Shown one piece after another: positions 26,701 through 52,459 of a DNA stretch of 64,000 bases. Location of the stretch: NCBI RefSeq assembly GCF_963506605.1, contig NC_083277.1, positions 86,180,001 to 86,244,000 of the forward strand, given 5' to 3'. The stretch's first letter is position 1, and every line of letters starts with the position of its first letter. The DNA comes from Zootoca vivipara (taxonomy: Eukaryota). A program made the position numbers and the translations under genes. The notes under the pieces are model-generated. The model did not search any database. It saw nothing but the letters and a program-made list of their open reading frames with translations, and was not told the DNA's origin.

Positions 26701-29700
26701 TGCTGATCTTTCTTCAGCAGGGCTTGTTCGTCTATACAGTGGTACCTCGACTTACAAATGTTTCGACTTACGGAGCTCCATCCGCCATCTTGGATGCGGT
26801 TTAGATAGGATTTTTTCGACTTACGAATTTTTAGATAGGGTTGCTTCGACTTGTGAATTTTTTCTCCCAATGCATTCCTATGGGATTCGACTTATTAAGT
26901 TTTTCGACTTACGAATGTGTGTTTGGAATGCATTAAATTCGTAAGTCGAGGTACCACTGAATGTTTAATCACAGGTAAAGTTTTAATTATGCTTTCTACA
27001 AATTTTCCCGGGGTTGAAATTAGCCTAATCAGTCTGAATGATTCCTTGCTCCCCACTATTTTTAAAAGGGTTATGTTGATCCCCTTCCAATCCAGTAAGA
27101 AAGCTGACATTCCTGATACGTTAGATGCTTAACATTCAGCAACAGGTGGCCAGTGGAGGTTAGCCACATCTTTACCACCAACAAAGTAAACAATGACATC
27201 ATAATCCTGTGGTTGCTGTAAGCCTCTAAAGAGCATGCAAAAATGAATCTGTTTTTTCCCCAGACTTTACAAGGGCATCTGGGCCCTGTGACGTGCCTGT
27301 CGTTTGATGAGTGGCATCTTGTGACAGGAAGCAATGACGGCTATATCCTGGGATGGAGCATGCTGGGAAATCACAAGAGATGCCTGGGGGCTTTCAGACA
27401 CCCCATGTAGGTATTGCTTATTGCAGTTGAAAAGCTGCAGACTTTGTGATGTCCTTAGCAATGACTCTTGATCCTTATGTGTTTGGAGTAGTTTTTATAA
27501 AGGATAAAGCTAACTGGAACTGTGAATCTTCCCCATTGCCAAAATCCCTTCTTTACGAGATGAGGCAGCTCTCTGCTTTTGTACCTACCATACAAGGTTT
27601 ATCTTTTCTTTTAACTCCCACCCAACTCCAAGATGGCAAAAACCTAAGACCACAGAACCTAGCAAGACTCTACTGTGGATGACTTGTCTGCACCTTCAAA
27701 AGTCCTCTACGTTAAAGCTGTCCATAGGATTCACCACTTCAGTTAATATTTAGTCTATATCACATCTCAAAAGTGTGTGAGTTGTGAACTGGTAATGAAA
27801 GGATACAGCAAGAAAGAATGCATATGGTTACAGGCCTCTGAAAGATGGTGGCCATTTTCCACTTTCCATCCCCATCAGACTACTTTACTCCAGAAAGGCA
27901 GTAAGTTGTGCCTCTTCATTCACTAGGCTGTACTCCAGGGATGGTGATCACGCTGGCTGGGGCTGATGAAGGCTGGAGTCCAACAACAGTTGAAGAGTCA
28001 CCTATGCTTGCTGCACTCTCTGTGGTCCTCTTCTCTAAGTTCATCGCACTTCTCCCAGGTTCCTGCTGGCCTGTCTTGGCACATAGAAGAAGGTGCCTCT
28101 AGCATCTCTGGACACGAGCCAATGCCAGTTCTCGGTTCAGGCAGTTCTCCACCCAGCCCCTCCCTTTATGTCAGCATACAATCCTTCACTTCCTTTCTTC
28201 CTCAACTGCCTAAAAGTAAATTGGCTCACATTTTGTTTGCTTACGTTTAGCGCTCTGATGATCCGGGTGTGTTCTTGCAGTAACTTTTCACTTCAGGTGG
28301 CAGCCTTTTTAAACCTCAATTTGTCATTTCCCTAGTAAACAGCACTTGCTTGGCATATTTTCTGCTCAGAGTAACACATGAGGGAAGGGTAGGAACTAGG
28401 GGTGGTATTCCACTAAGTTCTACTCAGAATAGACTAATTCAAATGAATGAACATTGACTGCATTATGTGCATTCTACGTGTGTGTGCAAATAGACAAAGT
28501 TGTACTAGTGGAATAATAACCCCCCACCCCCCACCCCTAGCTTCACCTCAGTCATGAATTTTCCTTGTAAAACACACCCTCCATTTGTTTACTTTGAGGG
28601 GTGTTAATTCATCATTACAGTATTTCAACAACTTTCCTTGTTTGTAGGGAGGTTCTGTCCCTGGAATTTATCTATCTCAGAGTCATCAGTGGCTGTGCGG
28701 ATGGGAAGATACGCATATTCAACTTCCTGACGGGGATCTGCCTGAGAGTTTTGAGAGCCAATAGCAGAGCTGACCCTGTGGTGTCCTTCTGTATAGTAGA
28801 AAACAAGTAGGTTGCAGACATTATTTCCCAGTTCTTAAATAATAAAGGTTGTCATATACATTTCTGAGGAAATGTGTGGGCAGGCATGTGAAGGGCCTTG
28901 GAATTCTTCTGGAGGGCTTGTCTGAGTTGCGGGTGGGCGGCACTGCTTTGCAGTGGTTCCCGTCCTATTTAGATGGATGTTTCCAGAGAGTGACGTTTGG
29001 GGAGTGCTCTTCAGCCCTGTGGAGTCTTCAGTGCAGGGTTCCTCAGGGTTTGATGTTATCCTCTATGGCAGCTTTAAAGGAGCAATTTTCATTAGGACTG
29101 CACCAAGGGAGCAAGAGTTTAAAATTTCCCCTCCCCCAATTTGCTACAATTCTATAATTCTCAGTCTTCCACCCCTCCACGTGATTGCTTTTTGCATTTG
29201 AAAAAAAAAAACACCATGTCACTACCGTAGTTGCAGAGAAAGGCAGTGTGGCAGTAAGAGACATCCATACCACCTTTCCTTCCTTGCAGATTGAAGGTTC
29301 TAATAATGCCACACTCCTCAGTTTATAGCCCTACACATTTGGTACTTTCTGACAGTTGGCCATGGTGTTTTCTCACTACCCTTGTCTTTCTTTTAGGCTA
29401 CTGGTCAATGCACTGGGCAGTGTGGTTTTGTTCCAGTTTGAGGAAGTAGTTTGGGACCACACACTAGGTTCCGAACAACAAATTAGCGGTAAAAGGAAAG
29501 AAAGGAGCAAATATGATGACAAAGCATCGCAAATAATGCCATCCCATTTACTGTCTGGGCGGAAGAAACGGTCCCAAAGGAATAAATGGAAGCTTTACAA
29601 CACCAACACAGTATTTACCTATGACATTATTCGGAAGTCGACGAAATACTTCAGAGATGCTACCCCAGGTACTGCTCCTAATGCCCATCAAGTATTAAGT

Positions 29701-32700
29701 TAAATGGCAGGTGAAATCCTGCAAGGTCAATTTTGGTGAACACCTTGCCCCCAGCTAGTTTAGCCAACAGATGTGATACAACTGGGATGGGGTATGAGTT
29801 TCCCGAGTGCCTTATTGATAGTACATTTGTAATCTGCACATATCCTGATTTCCCCATTTGCTTTAAGGGGCGTGACGACTGGAGTCTCCCACTAAGCAGA
29901 GTCCATGGGTGAGAGAACTCCCTGCTTGACCAATTTATCCAGCTCTGCCTCGATCTTGGGTTGCAGTGCAAACGGCACTCGCCTTGGTTTGAGTCGGATT
30001 GGGGCCACCCTAGGGTCCACCTCAAAGTCAACTGGGGGCCCTTTATAACGACCCAGTTTTCCATTAAAGAGACCAGCAAATTCCTTGCATAATGCCTCGC
30101 TCATCTCAGGGCAGGTTTGGGTTGAAGTAAGCCCAGGGCGGGGGGCCAGTCAGTGCCCAGGAGACTGGGGCGACTGCCCTTCACAATCACCAGTTTGAGC
30201 ACAACCTGTTTGTCCCAGAACTGTACTCTCATGGCACACATTCCCATAACATGGATGCGGCCCGCTGAGTATGATTGCAAGGTTGCCGGGAAGGGCTCCA
30301 GAGGGGGCAACTTACCCCCGGGTAAGAATGTCCTCGCGGTCTGGTCCGACATGATGGTGAATCCAGATCCGGAGTCCACCTCCATGTCGCATTGCTGACC
30401 CTCAATCTTCACCTTGACGTGTGGCTTGCCTTGCGCTGGGACCTGCACGGTCCATCTTGATATCCATTACGTAGTGGCAGTCCTTTAGAAAATGAGTTGC
30501 GGTGGGTGGTCTGTGATGCTCCAGTCTAGGTGATCCTGTCACTTCCAACGACGCCGATCCACAGACCCTGGTGATGTGACCCGTCTTCCCGCACGTTTGG
30601 CACATAGCATCCAGAAACGACAACTCTTCCGCTCATGGTTTCTGCCACAACCTGGGCAACCGCCTCAGTGATCTTTGTGCGCTGTGCAGGCCTGACGCAC
30701 CGACTTGACCCCGTGGACTGGGCTCTGGCTCGGACTAGCCTCTAGCTCATCCATGGCATGCACAGCTTCTATCTGTGGCTTAGTGGCCTTGTAACTGGCA
30801 TCAGAGGGATCCAGGTGGCGCTGTGGTTAAACCACTGAGCCTAGGGCTTGCTGATCAGAAGGTCGGCGGTTCGAATCCCTGTGACGGGGTGAGCTCCCGT
30901 TGCTTGGTCCCAGCTCCTGCCAACCTAGCAGTTCGAAAGCATGTCAAAATGCAAGTAGATAAATAGGAACCGCTACAGCGGGAAGGTAAACGGCGTTTCC
31001 ATGTGCTGCTCTGGTTTGCCAGAAGCGGCTTTGTCATGCTGGCCACATGACCTGGAAGCTGTACGCCGGCTCCCTCGGCCAATAATGCGAGATGAGCGCG
31101 CAACCCCAGAGTCGGTCACAACTGGACCTAATGGTCAGGGGTCCCTTTACCTTTACCTGGCATCAAGCTCCTCTCTTTCATTATTCTCCATGGCGGTGGC
31201 CTCCTTTCAAGGCTGAAGCAAGGGTAACCTCTTCTTTAGCGACGATGCGTCTTATGGCTTTCTTGCTGCTCAGACCACCAATAAACCGATCCAGGAGAGT
31301 CTCTTCCAGATTTTGGAAGCCGCAGTGCTGAGCGAGCTTCCGGAGTTTGGCCAGAAATGCGGTTACTCCCCAGCACGCTGCTGCCTCTTATGGAACTCCA
31401 TCCGCCGGGCCATCTTGGTCTCAGTAGGCACCAAGTGGCTCATTAGGCAGGCAAGAATATCTTTGAGAGATTATCACGCAGCATCGCTGGAGCAAGCAAT
31501 GCCTTGGTCAGTTTGAAGGTCTCGGGCCCACAGTAGCTCAGGAATGTGGCCCTTCTTTTGCTGGCATTGGTGATCCCTTGAGCCACAGCGAAGAACTCGA
31601 AGTGTTCAATGTAGTCTTCCCACGTGTGGGGCTCTGATGGCTGGAAGGGCTCCAATACCCTTGGACTCTCCATTCTCCTAGCGGGCAGGTCGTCTTCTCA
31701 GCTAGCCAGTGAGTCTTGTTCTTAGCTGCAATCCGGACTCTGAGGCAGGGCTGCGTTTAACCACTCCTCAACATTCCGGATCCCATCCTCGTCGCCAGTT
31801 GTTGTGACGTGGGGTTCGTGATTTCAGCTCTCTTGACATAATATGCAGTTCTCTAGTAACACTTCTTTATTAAAGCAAACAAGCCTAAGGTCTGAGGAGG
31901 GGAAAGCTACATTTATAGGGACGGGGAACTAGCTAGAAAGGGATACATTTTGGAGGGAACAATATCAGGCAATCACAGTGCTGCCTTTTGGAGGAAACCA
32001 ATAAGACAGAAGATCCAAATACAGCAGCTTAAATGAACCAATAGTAGCTGTACCTTCTGGAACCAAAAGGCAGTTCCTTTACCCTAATGCAAATACATTG
32101 TGACTCAATACACAAGATATATCATCATTTAGGATTATGTGAGCAAGTTGCCCCTGCCATTATGCTTTAGCATGACACCCCAATGCAGCCATTGAGTTGT
32201 GCAAGTGCCGAGTAATCAGACTCCTTTTGCCCACTCAGTTTGCTGCGGGGTAAAGCAAGCTCAACCAAAATCTGAGCATATGAACGAGCTCTGGGTACAT
32301 ATTCAAAACAGATGGCTGTGTGGGGATATTTCAGGTCATTGGTGGCTGTTTGAAGAGAGACAGAATTATCTGTAGGTTTTAATACACAAGCGCTCAGCAG
32401 TGTCCTACTTTATACTGTTTTGTGGATAGGTAAAAAGCCGAACTCATGAAATATAATCAGGTATTTGTGAGCAGGATTGGGGGACCTTATGCCCAGAAAC
32501 CAAATCCAGCCCTGACTGTGATGCATCCTTACAATAAGATAACACCTCTTACTTGCCTAGATGAAGGATGGAGACACATGGCTGTGTGTGTGTGTGTATG
32601 CACATGCACATGCAGAAACCTAGCACTTTTGTGTGGCTAGAGTCTCAGCTACTGTAGGAAGATAAAAGTTACATCCATTGTTCATCCACTTGGGCCACAC

Positions 32701-35700
32701 CCACGACTGTCACGTGACCCTTAAAAGGTTTTCCATGAGGAAATGGGGCTTTTCGACTAGAAAAGATACAATCTAGGGCCACCTTCCCTTCCTCAGATGG
32801 CATCATATTCTGCTTGATGACATTCTGCCTAGGTTATTATTGATTAAACTTATTAGTCACTTTTCTTTTCTTTTCATATACAAAGGTTACTCAAAGCGAC
32901 TTAACAACAATAAACATATAACACATATATTAAAAGCAGCATTAAAAAATTATAAAACCTACCTCTATTACAGAAAGGAAGGCTGGATATTTCTGGGTTC
33001 CTAGGAATATTCATCAGAAATCTTTGTGTAGTTTTGCAAGATGGGTTTGATCTTGGTTTGATCTTGGTTCTCTGGAATACAGTAATGAAGAGTAAGACTG
33101 GTTTCTACTGAAGTACTCCTTTTGAATGTATTCTAATAAGTTCTTAAGAATTATACAAGACCAGCTACACAGTGGTTAGATATCCCTTTGGTGAAGAAGT
33201 CCTATCAGACTACTTTTCACATTTTTAAATTTCACAAACCGCTGTAATAGTCAAATTAACTAGAATTTCTGGAGAGAGGAAACAGATATCAAGTGATACA
33301 TTGCCCAATGCCCATATACGTTCAGGATGTTTGTAGCTGATACAAAACTGATGAGCACAAGTTCACTGGCATGCACAGTCCCACTGATCCACAAAACACA
33401 ACTCTGGAGTTAAGCCATTTGAAGATTGCACCCATATTCCCATATATTCTCATATACCTGGAAGAAAGTCCGACTGAGTTCAGTAGGACTTCCTTCACAA
33501 GAAGTGTGCTTGGGACAGCAGCCAAAATCATTTCCTTCTTTTCTAGCTCTTCGTTATCAAATGTTGACGGTACCTCCTCCCAGGATGCGCGAAAATGTGG
33601 TAACCCTGGAAATGAAGCCAGATGAGCAGACTAGACTCTTTTCTATTGCCGAGCATTCAAAATCTATAACAACTCTAGTAGGTAAGGAACCATGGTGTAT
33701 TGAAAATATGCAGCTTCATCTAAAGGTGCCATTTGTTCCCGTAGTCGAGCTTTAGGCCACTAGAGCTGATTAGCATACTCAAAATAAACAGTTTGCAAAT
33801 GGTAGATTCGAGAGGTGTAGTGGAAACGCCAAAGAAGGATCAAGCAGGCTTAGGATTGGCCTTGCGCAATCAACTGTTCCTTTAAAGCTGCATGTCCTCG
33901 CAGGGGCGTTCCTGCCCTTAAGGGTGGCCCAGCTGGGGCTCGATTGCCCAGATTATGGGATTGGGAGGGGCCCTAATCACCACAGGTGGCGGCCGTGGAG
34001 GCATTCGAGGCAGAGAGTCTGGGTGCAGGGCAACATAGTCAAACTTTGCTGCTGTTTCTGAGGCCCACCATGGCTGGAACAAGGAATTTGGTGATCTGGT
34101 GCTATATGTGGGTTGTCTGAGTGAATGTATTCTGGGGATTGCTTCTTCGTGATTGTTTCTTTGTGTAAGAGGGTGGATCACTGATTGTTTGGGGAGGTTT
34201 TACACGAGAAGCCTATTTTGTTCAAATAAAAATCTTTCCCCTCACTAAGCGCTCTATGGCCTGTCAAAGATCCATTAAAGAACCTGCTGTTGACTTGGCA
34301 AAGCAGGAGGGGGGAATGTAGATTTTAAAACAGAGTGACGGAATATGAGGGTGGGGAAAGTAAAATGTGGGTCAGGGCATGAGAATATCCTTTACTACAT
34401 GTTAAAGTGAAATAGTAAAGATGCAGGTGGGAAATGGGATAAACAAAGCACCACAAAGCAGCAGGTTAAGGGATGTTAACTTAGAAAGATAAACAGAGCC
34501 AATATACATTTTAGATGGTACACATGTCAAACACGTACTCTACCTTTCGTCTCCATAACATCCACCTCACAATCTTGCATGACATAATAATAGCCTGGAA
34601 CTGTGCTTGTCTTGGCGCACCATGGCAACCACTTTGACATCATCAGCAACAATGAATTCATCTCACAGTAAACCCAGTGGTACAGTTAGGTGAGTTGAAG
34701 ACTTTGGGCCCTCCTTTACATGGTAATGTGCAGAGTGAGTTCCAATTTCTGCGAGCCATTGAGCAACAGGCTTATCATCTGGCACCACCCCTTCCTCCTA
34801 CAGTCATATATCCCTTCCCTCTTTGGACTCTCGCCTTGAAAACTAAAGTGTCATCCAACATGACTTATTCCTTCCCCCCCTCAAACAAACACTCATGCCT
34901 TCTCCCCATCCTGATCTACTCATCAGGCTTTGCAGGCCCCTACCCACAGAGCCTAGGGCTTGCCGGTCAGAAGGTCGGCGGTTCGAATCCCCGCAATGGG
35001 GTGAGCTCCCGTTGTTCGGTCCCAGCTCCTGCCAACCTAGCAGTTCGAAAGCATGTCAAAGTGCAAGTAGATAAATAGGTACCACTCCGGCGGGAAGGTA
35101 AACAGTGTTTCCGTGTGCTGCTCTGGTTTGCCAGAAGCGGCTTAGTCATGCTGGGCACATGACCTGGAAGCTGTACGCTGGCTCCTTCGGCCAATAGAGC
35201 GAGATGAGCGCCGCAACCCCAGAGTCGTCCATGACTGGACCTAACGGTCAGGAGTCCCTTTACCTTTACCCTTACCCACCCACCCATATTCAGTCATTCA
35301 GCCCCCCCCCCCATCCTGCACAAACCACAGCTCCCAGTCTCACAGAGAGAGGGGAGGGGAAGCATTCAGGAGGAAGCTAGCTACCCTTCTTCTAGCTCTT
35401 CTGACACTTGAGCTCCTGATTCCACCAGGTTTCTCTTTAAAGCCATGGTGGGTTTTTTAAAGACTTAGTTTGGGGGGGGGTCTTCTGATCATTTACTCTA
35501 CCAAGTAGGGGCCCAGACCTGTGCTCCAAGTTCTGCTCTGCCTTCCCCCAAGTTCTAATCTTCACTCATCTCACGTTTATTTTTGAAAACAGGAAATGAG
35601 TTAGAAGAAGACAAGCCCTTAGCCAGCAACTTTGCATTGGGCCAGAATGGTGATGTTTTCGTAAAGCACATAAAGAAGAAGCGTTCCCATGGTCCCCTGT

Positions 35701-36467
35701 CTGGTGACCAGATACTTCTCACCGTTAGCACAATGCAGCATGCCTACCAGACAGATCAGGTCAGTGCCAACATGGCCTACAATATGCAAATCAAAGATGC
35801 CTGGGGGCCTGCCTTTCTCCAGAAAAGATTGCCCAGAAAGACCCCTGCTGCCCCAAAACCAGAGCAACAGAAAATGGATCCAGCAAGCCAGCTGAAACGA
35901 CTCAAGGCTGCCCGTTACACGCTCGGCATGGAAAAGATTTCCATACCTTATGAAACCAAAACACTGCAGCTCAGCTTAAAAAACTCCTTGCTTGGAAGCA
36001 GGGTGAACTCCTGCATCCCACCCCCCACTATTACGCGTTCCAAATCATGCAGCAACTTGGCCAGAGGGGGAAATATTTCTCGCCAGGCAAAGATGCCATC
36101 TCCACCTACCATGGGGCATGTCGTTGGTCACTTTACGAGCTCTGTCGAATCCATCAAAGTGGCCCGAATGAAGATTGCCCAACCTGATAGAGACATGATA
36201 CCAAGGCCACCAAAACTCTACTTCACCCACACCCCAAACCCATACCGGCTCAATTCTGGTTTCCGGCTTTTGACAACCCAACAGATGAAAGAGTATGAAG
36301 AAGCTAAGGTGAACGAGTATCAGGCACAGAAGACCAAGGTTATAGCAAACAGAGAAAAAGAGTGTAAAAATGCCTGGCTAAGGAAAATTAAAGGTCTTCC
36401 CATTGATGATTTCAACAAGGAGGGCAAAGTTGCAGCTCCTGAACTTGGAGAGAATGTTTTCATCTGA
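17742..36467 (+). CDS. FBXW10: F-box/WD repeat-containing protein 10 (FBXW10/CDRT1 ortholog), ~1103 aa, 14 coding exons
   Basis: Exons 17742-18285, 18813-18956, 20479-20685, 21553-21680, 21967-22086, 22501-22610, 23222-23425, 24601-24722, 26045-26193, 27264-27406, 28648-28806, 29397-29668, 33547-33681, 35593-36467. All are GT-AG, phases are consistent and the total is 3312 nt. Recognised motifs: N-terminal RCEK...CxxCxxC, F-box [21 protein letters not shown]40 repeats (GH...[12 protein letters not shown]), C-terminal [27 protein letters not shown] as in mammalian FBXW10. Exon 13 is the least certain. AATAAA at ~36935. Confidence 0.93.
19005..19206. mobile_element. Tc1/mariner (Tigger-like) MITE, degenerate
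   Basis: TA-CAGTCATAGCTC ... GAGGTACCACTG-TA. Confidence 0.6.
19741..20291. repeat. Perfect 72-bp inverted repeat (19741-19812 / 20220-20291) in FBXW10 intron 2
   Basis: The arms are exact reverse complements separated by a 407-bp spacer. Confidence 0.9.
21012..21110 (-). mobile_element. Penelope terminal fragment
   Basis: gtaggtagccatgttggtctg...ccttccagtagcaccttagagaccaactaagtttgtca, the same sequence family as 57160-57262. Confidence 0.65.
24936..25310 (+). mobile_element. Sauria SINE (Squam1)
   Basis: tRNA-like head with GGTTCGAATCC B box, characteristic body, ACCTTT-type tail. Confidence 0.85.
25350..25591. mobile_element. Tc1/mariner (Tigger-like) MITE
   Basis: TA-CAGTCATACCTTGGTTCTCAAAC ... 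GTTTGAGAATCAATGTACCACTG-TA. Confidence 0.7.
26737..26959. mobile_element. Tc1/mariner (Tigger-like) MITE inserted into a minus-strand CR1 RT fragment (~26610-27120)
   Basis: CAGTGGTACCTCGACTTAC ... GTAAGTCGAGGTACCACTG TIRs; flanks translate on the minus strand to CR1-like [15 protein letters not shown]. Confidence 0.7.
28885..29065 (+). mobile_element. L2/CR1-group RT fragment
   Basis: [29 protein letters not shown]...VPQG, an RT segment typical of this clade. Confidence 0.7.
29715..32117 (-). mobile_element. Truncated Ty3/Gypsy (Mag-like) LTR retrotransposon: 5' LTR (31800-~32117), tRNA-Ser PBS, gag, protease, start of RT
   Basis: gag [10 protein letters not shown]...[11 protein letters not shown]; zinc knuckle [14 protein letters not shown]; protease MEVDSGS; RT start ...YPIP...KVFTKIDLA. 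Contains frameshifts and stops. The PBS at 31780-31797 equals the 3' 18 nt of tRNA-Ser(GCT) including CCA. Confidence 0.9.
30806..31156 (+). mobile_element. Full-length Sauria SINE nested in the Gypsy gag region
   Basis: GGGA..CAGGTGGCGCTGTGG head, B box, TTTACC tail, TSD CTGGCATCA (30795-30803 / 31157-31165). Confidence 0.9.
34949..35269 (+). mobile_element. 5'-truncated Sauria SINE
   Basis: Body highly similar to 30806-31156, with CCTTTACCTTTACC tail. Confidence 0.85.
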
Positions 36468-38917
36468 GCTTCGCTTTTCAAAGCAGACTGCCAGTCCTTC
36501 CAAACAGCTGACTACAAACCAAACAGTTGGTACTGGGGAGATTTCGGTTGAATTTTTACCCTCAGCTGAAGCTACCTTTCAGAAAATGCTAACAAACTCT
36601 GTTGAATTATTCAAATTTTCACATAGCTGAGACGGTGGGACTCTGGGCTGCATGGGGGGGGGATATGATGGGAAAGCTGCTTTACTCCCCAAAGAAAGGT
36701 CTTTCCAGTTTGCAATGAGTGCAGTTTACAAATGCTCCTGGTCTCTAGAGAAAGGTTTATTAACATGACTCTACATTGACTCTGTTTGTAAGCTTTGTTT
36801 TTAAGACTTTGTGTACACTTTTCAAAGCTCACCATATAGCCCAAATCTTAATGAAAATGTTCTAAACTTTGCAGTCTTATTGAGGACATCCTCCAGGTGT
36901 CCAAGAGTCACCACCAGTTAATATATGTTCACAAAATAAAGAATCCTGGCTACAACAGCTCTTACAGCGGAACCTGCTTTGTAATGAACTTGTTTCCCTA
37001 GTTGTTGCTTTTCACGTGGGTCTTGTTCCCACCTTCCAAACAGGGTGGAAGGAGCAGCATATTAAATTCCCCGCAATATCAGACTGTCTCGATCCCACTT
37101 CATGTTTAAGTGGGCCTTAAAGACAATTTTTTTCTCTCTGCAGTCTTTACTAGTTGAAATAAATTAGACTGCTAATACTATACAGTATTCTAAATTGTTA
37201 ATATGTTGAGTTTATGCTGGGATGGCTAATAGTTTGGGATAACTTTTTAGTTATTAGTGTGGTTTTTATTTAGTGTTTTTAAATGTTATTTGTATTGGTT
37301 GTTTTTTTGGGGTATATTTATTAAGTTTATTTATTAAACTTCGAAGTATCTAGGACAATATTGCTCCTCTAACACTGAAAGCCTAAAATATATCTTAGAG
37401 TGACAGGTCTGAGAGTATGCTTATCACCTCCTTCACAGGAAGTAGTTGAGCAGGTCCATTTTGTCCCGGATGTTGGTGTGGTTTTGGTATTGATTCATCT
37501 TTGACACCTGCTTTGTGTGGTTCACAAATTATACAAGGGGGAAGACAAGGGGATAAGTAATCCCATTTGAAAGAAGTCCAACCAGATGATCCTCATCTTG
37601 GCACAGAGTTGTAAATCTAACTTGGTGAGACCAGCTGAGACTGAAATGTTGTTGTTTAAATTGCATGTTACTAAATTATAATTTTGTGGTTGGTTTTATT
37701 GTTGTTTTAATTTGAACATTGTAAGCCACCCAAAGATCCTGACAGTTTACAGGCTTTGTGTTGTTAATATAGCAGACAAATTAATAAAATAAAATAAGTA
37801 AATAAGTAAATACAAATGTCCTACTTTGGGGTTGGGGCAAAGGAAAATATAATGAATAAATGTAATTTTCTATGGAAATTCTAGTTGAGTTGGTGCTGGT
37901 CTTTCTGTCCTTTAGACTTCTTTTTACCGTTTATTAACAGTTTTAGCAACAGCTAACCATCTCATATCTTTGCAAAGATAGCATAAACTACCATCTAGTT
38001 TTTCCTGACTCTGGCCGCTGATTTACTATCAGTATTTAGTTCTTCTTGTTGACATTAAATACCATATTTGGTATGGAGGTTCCTAGCAGAGCCAGAGACC
38101 TACAAACTGTTCAGTTTTAACAGCTTTTGCTATGCTGAAATTTTCTGCCTTTTGGCCTGTTCCTATGCAAATTTACTCTGGAATTACGGTGCTCTTAGTC
38201 ATTTCTACTACATCAAGTTCAATGTGACTGATTCCCATATTGCAACCTAAAGCTGTGCGCACATTACTGCTTGCCTCCAGCACCTTCCCACCACTGGTGT
38301 TTGAAGCTGAGTAGGCATGGCAATAGCCATAATATATAGGTATCCTGTGACTTCTTGAGAAATACTCCTGTTTGATGCGCTTTCCCTCAAACCAGCTTTA
38401 AGCTGATGAGAAAACAGAAGCCACAGTTGAGGTGTGTACATTTTGGGCAGCGTTGTGCACTCACGGGTGACAGCACTTGCACAGAGGGCAGCTTCAGTGA
38501 ACTGGATTAGGCAATGAACGTCATGTGAAGACCCTCCTGCCCCCTCTCTGGTGGGAACAGCAACTTGAAATATGGGGGGTAGGAGGGAGACTACCTCACC
38601 ACATTTGAAACCACTAATGTGTACATAGCCCCACTCTCACAGAGCCCAGCAGTGCTTACTGCCTGTAAAGAATCTGCATCACATTGCACAAGTTTCTTGG
38701 GCCCAGCAGCATTTTAACCAAGCTGCTGTTGCGTGTGTACAGTTGTTTCTGGCTAGCTACACTCCTCAAAGCTTCAATGGGAACAGCCTCAAATAGCTGC
38801 ACTGAATAGTTAAAGCCTTCTGGAAATGACAGAACCACCTGCAGAAAAAGCATGACAAACTGAATGATACGGAAACAGCAACAAACAGGGAAGGACAGGG
38901 GAGATCTCCACTGAGGC

Positions 38918-39219
38918 CAGGGCCGGATTTAGGTTTGATGAGGCCCTAAGCTACTGAAGGTAATGGGGCCCTTTATATGTCCAGCTGTCAACAACAAATT
39001 GTCGCTGGTTTTTGTGTTGAATATATGCTATATGGTAATTTATGGGCCTAATAGGTATCTACAGCCATTTGCCACTGTTACTGTATGTAAGTTTTATTTG
39101 TTTTTTATATTTTGGAAATGTACATCCAGGTTTTTTTTTCCTTTAATTTTTTCCGGGGGGCCCAAGAGAGTGGGCTCCTAAGCTATAGCTTGTTTAGCTT
39201 ATATGTACATCCGGTGCTG
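38918..39219. mobile_element. hAT MITE
   Basis: CAGGGCCGGAT ... ATCCGGTGCTG termini; 8-bp TSD ACTGAGGC at 38910-38917 and 39220-39227. Confidence 0.85.
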
Positions 39220-39978
39220 ACTGAGGCAGAACTGACTGCAGCCTGTAGAAATCAACTGAGAAATTCAAAATTTTAATGTTGCTCACAGTGAACGAACAGG
39301 CAGGTAGCAATAAAGAACAAGCTTGTCAACATTTGAAGCCAAAGCTTCTGCATGCAACTGACACCTGGATTTGGGTTTGGAAGGGTTCTGACGGGGCAAT
39401 AATAGGGTGATTGGTCCCTCCCTGTATATATGAATAGCATCTTAGGAGGAGTGGAGTGGTCCTGGATGGAAAATATTGTGAGCCATTCTCTCAGCACCAT
39501 TGCTTCCCTTTACAATAAGCGGCTATATATATTTGGCATACGGATTCACATGCAACGGCATTAAAACACACGAAATAAGCCGTGAGCTGGGGAAAGCACA
39601 GTCTCCCGTCCCTCCTGCCGCTTTCTTTCGTTTTTGGGCGGACATCCCGCTGCAGCAGCTCAGTCCCCAATACGCCGGCGAAGACACCTGATATTCTCCA
39701 CGCCGCCTCCACTCCGCCCTAGGACACATTAAAAGCAGCTGCCGATGAAAATGCGGAAATACTGGTACGCGGAACCTGAGATGTGTCCCTCTGACTTCTT
39801 TTATCTGTCGGCCAACACGGATGCTCTTCGTTGTTGTTTTTTACTCCCGGAAGTTCAAGAAGCGGGTCGCTCTTTCATTTTTTCTAGTTCTAACTAATAG
39901 AGCGCGTCGGTCGCATAGCGATGACGTGTCGGGTGTTGCCCGCTGGCCGGCATTGTGACGTGGCAGAAGGCGGAAGCG

Positions 39979-52459
<12,481 letters not shown>

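Noticed and set aside
34610-34630. RFX X-box-like CCATGGCAAC in the last FBXW10 intron
   Set aside because: Only one good half-site, and no conservation evidence is available.
24936-35269. tRNA-like sequences with GGTTCGAATCC
   Set aside because: These are heads of Sauria SINEs, and 31780-31797 is a retrotransposon PBS; none forms a complete tRNA gene.
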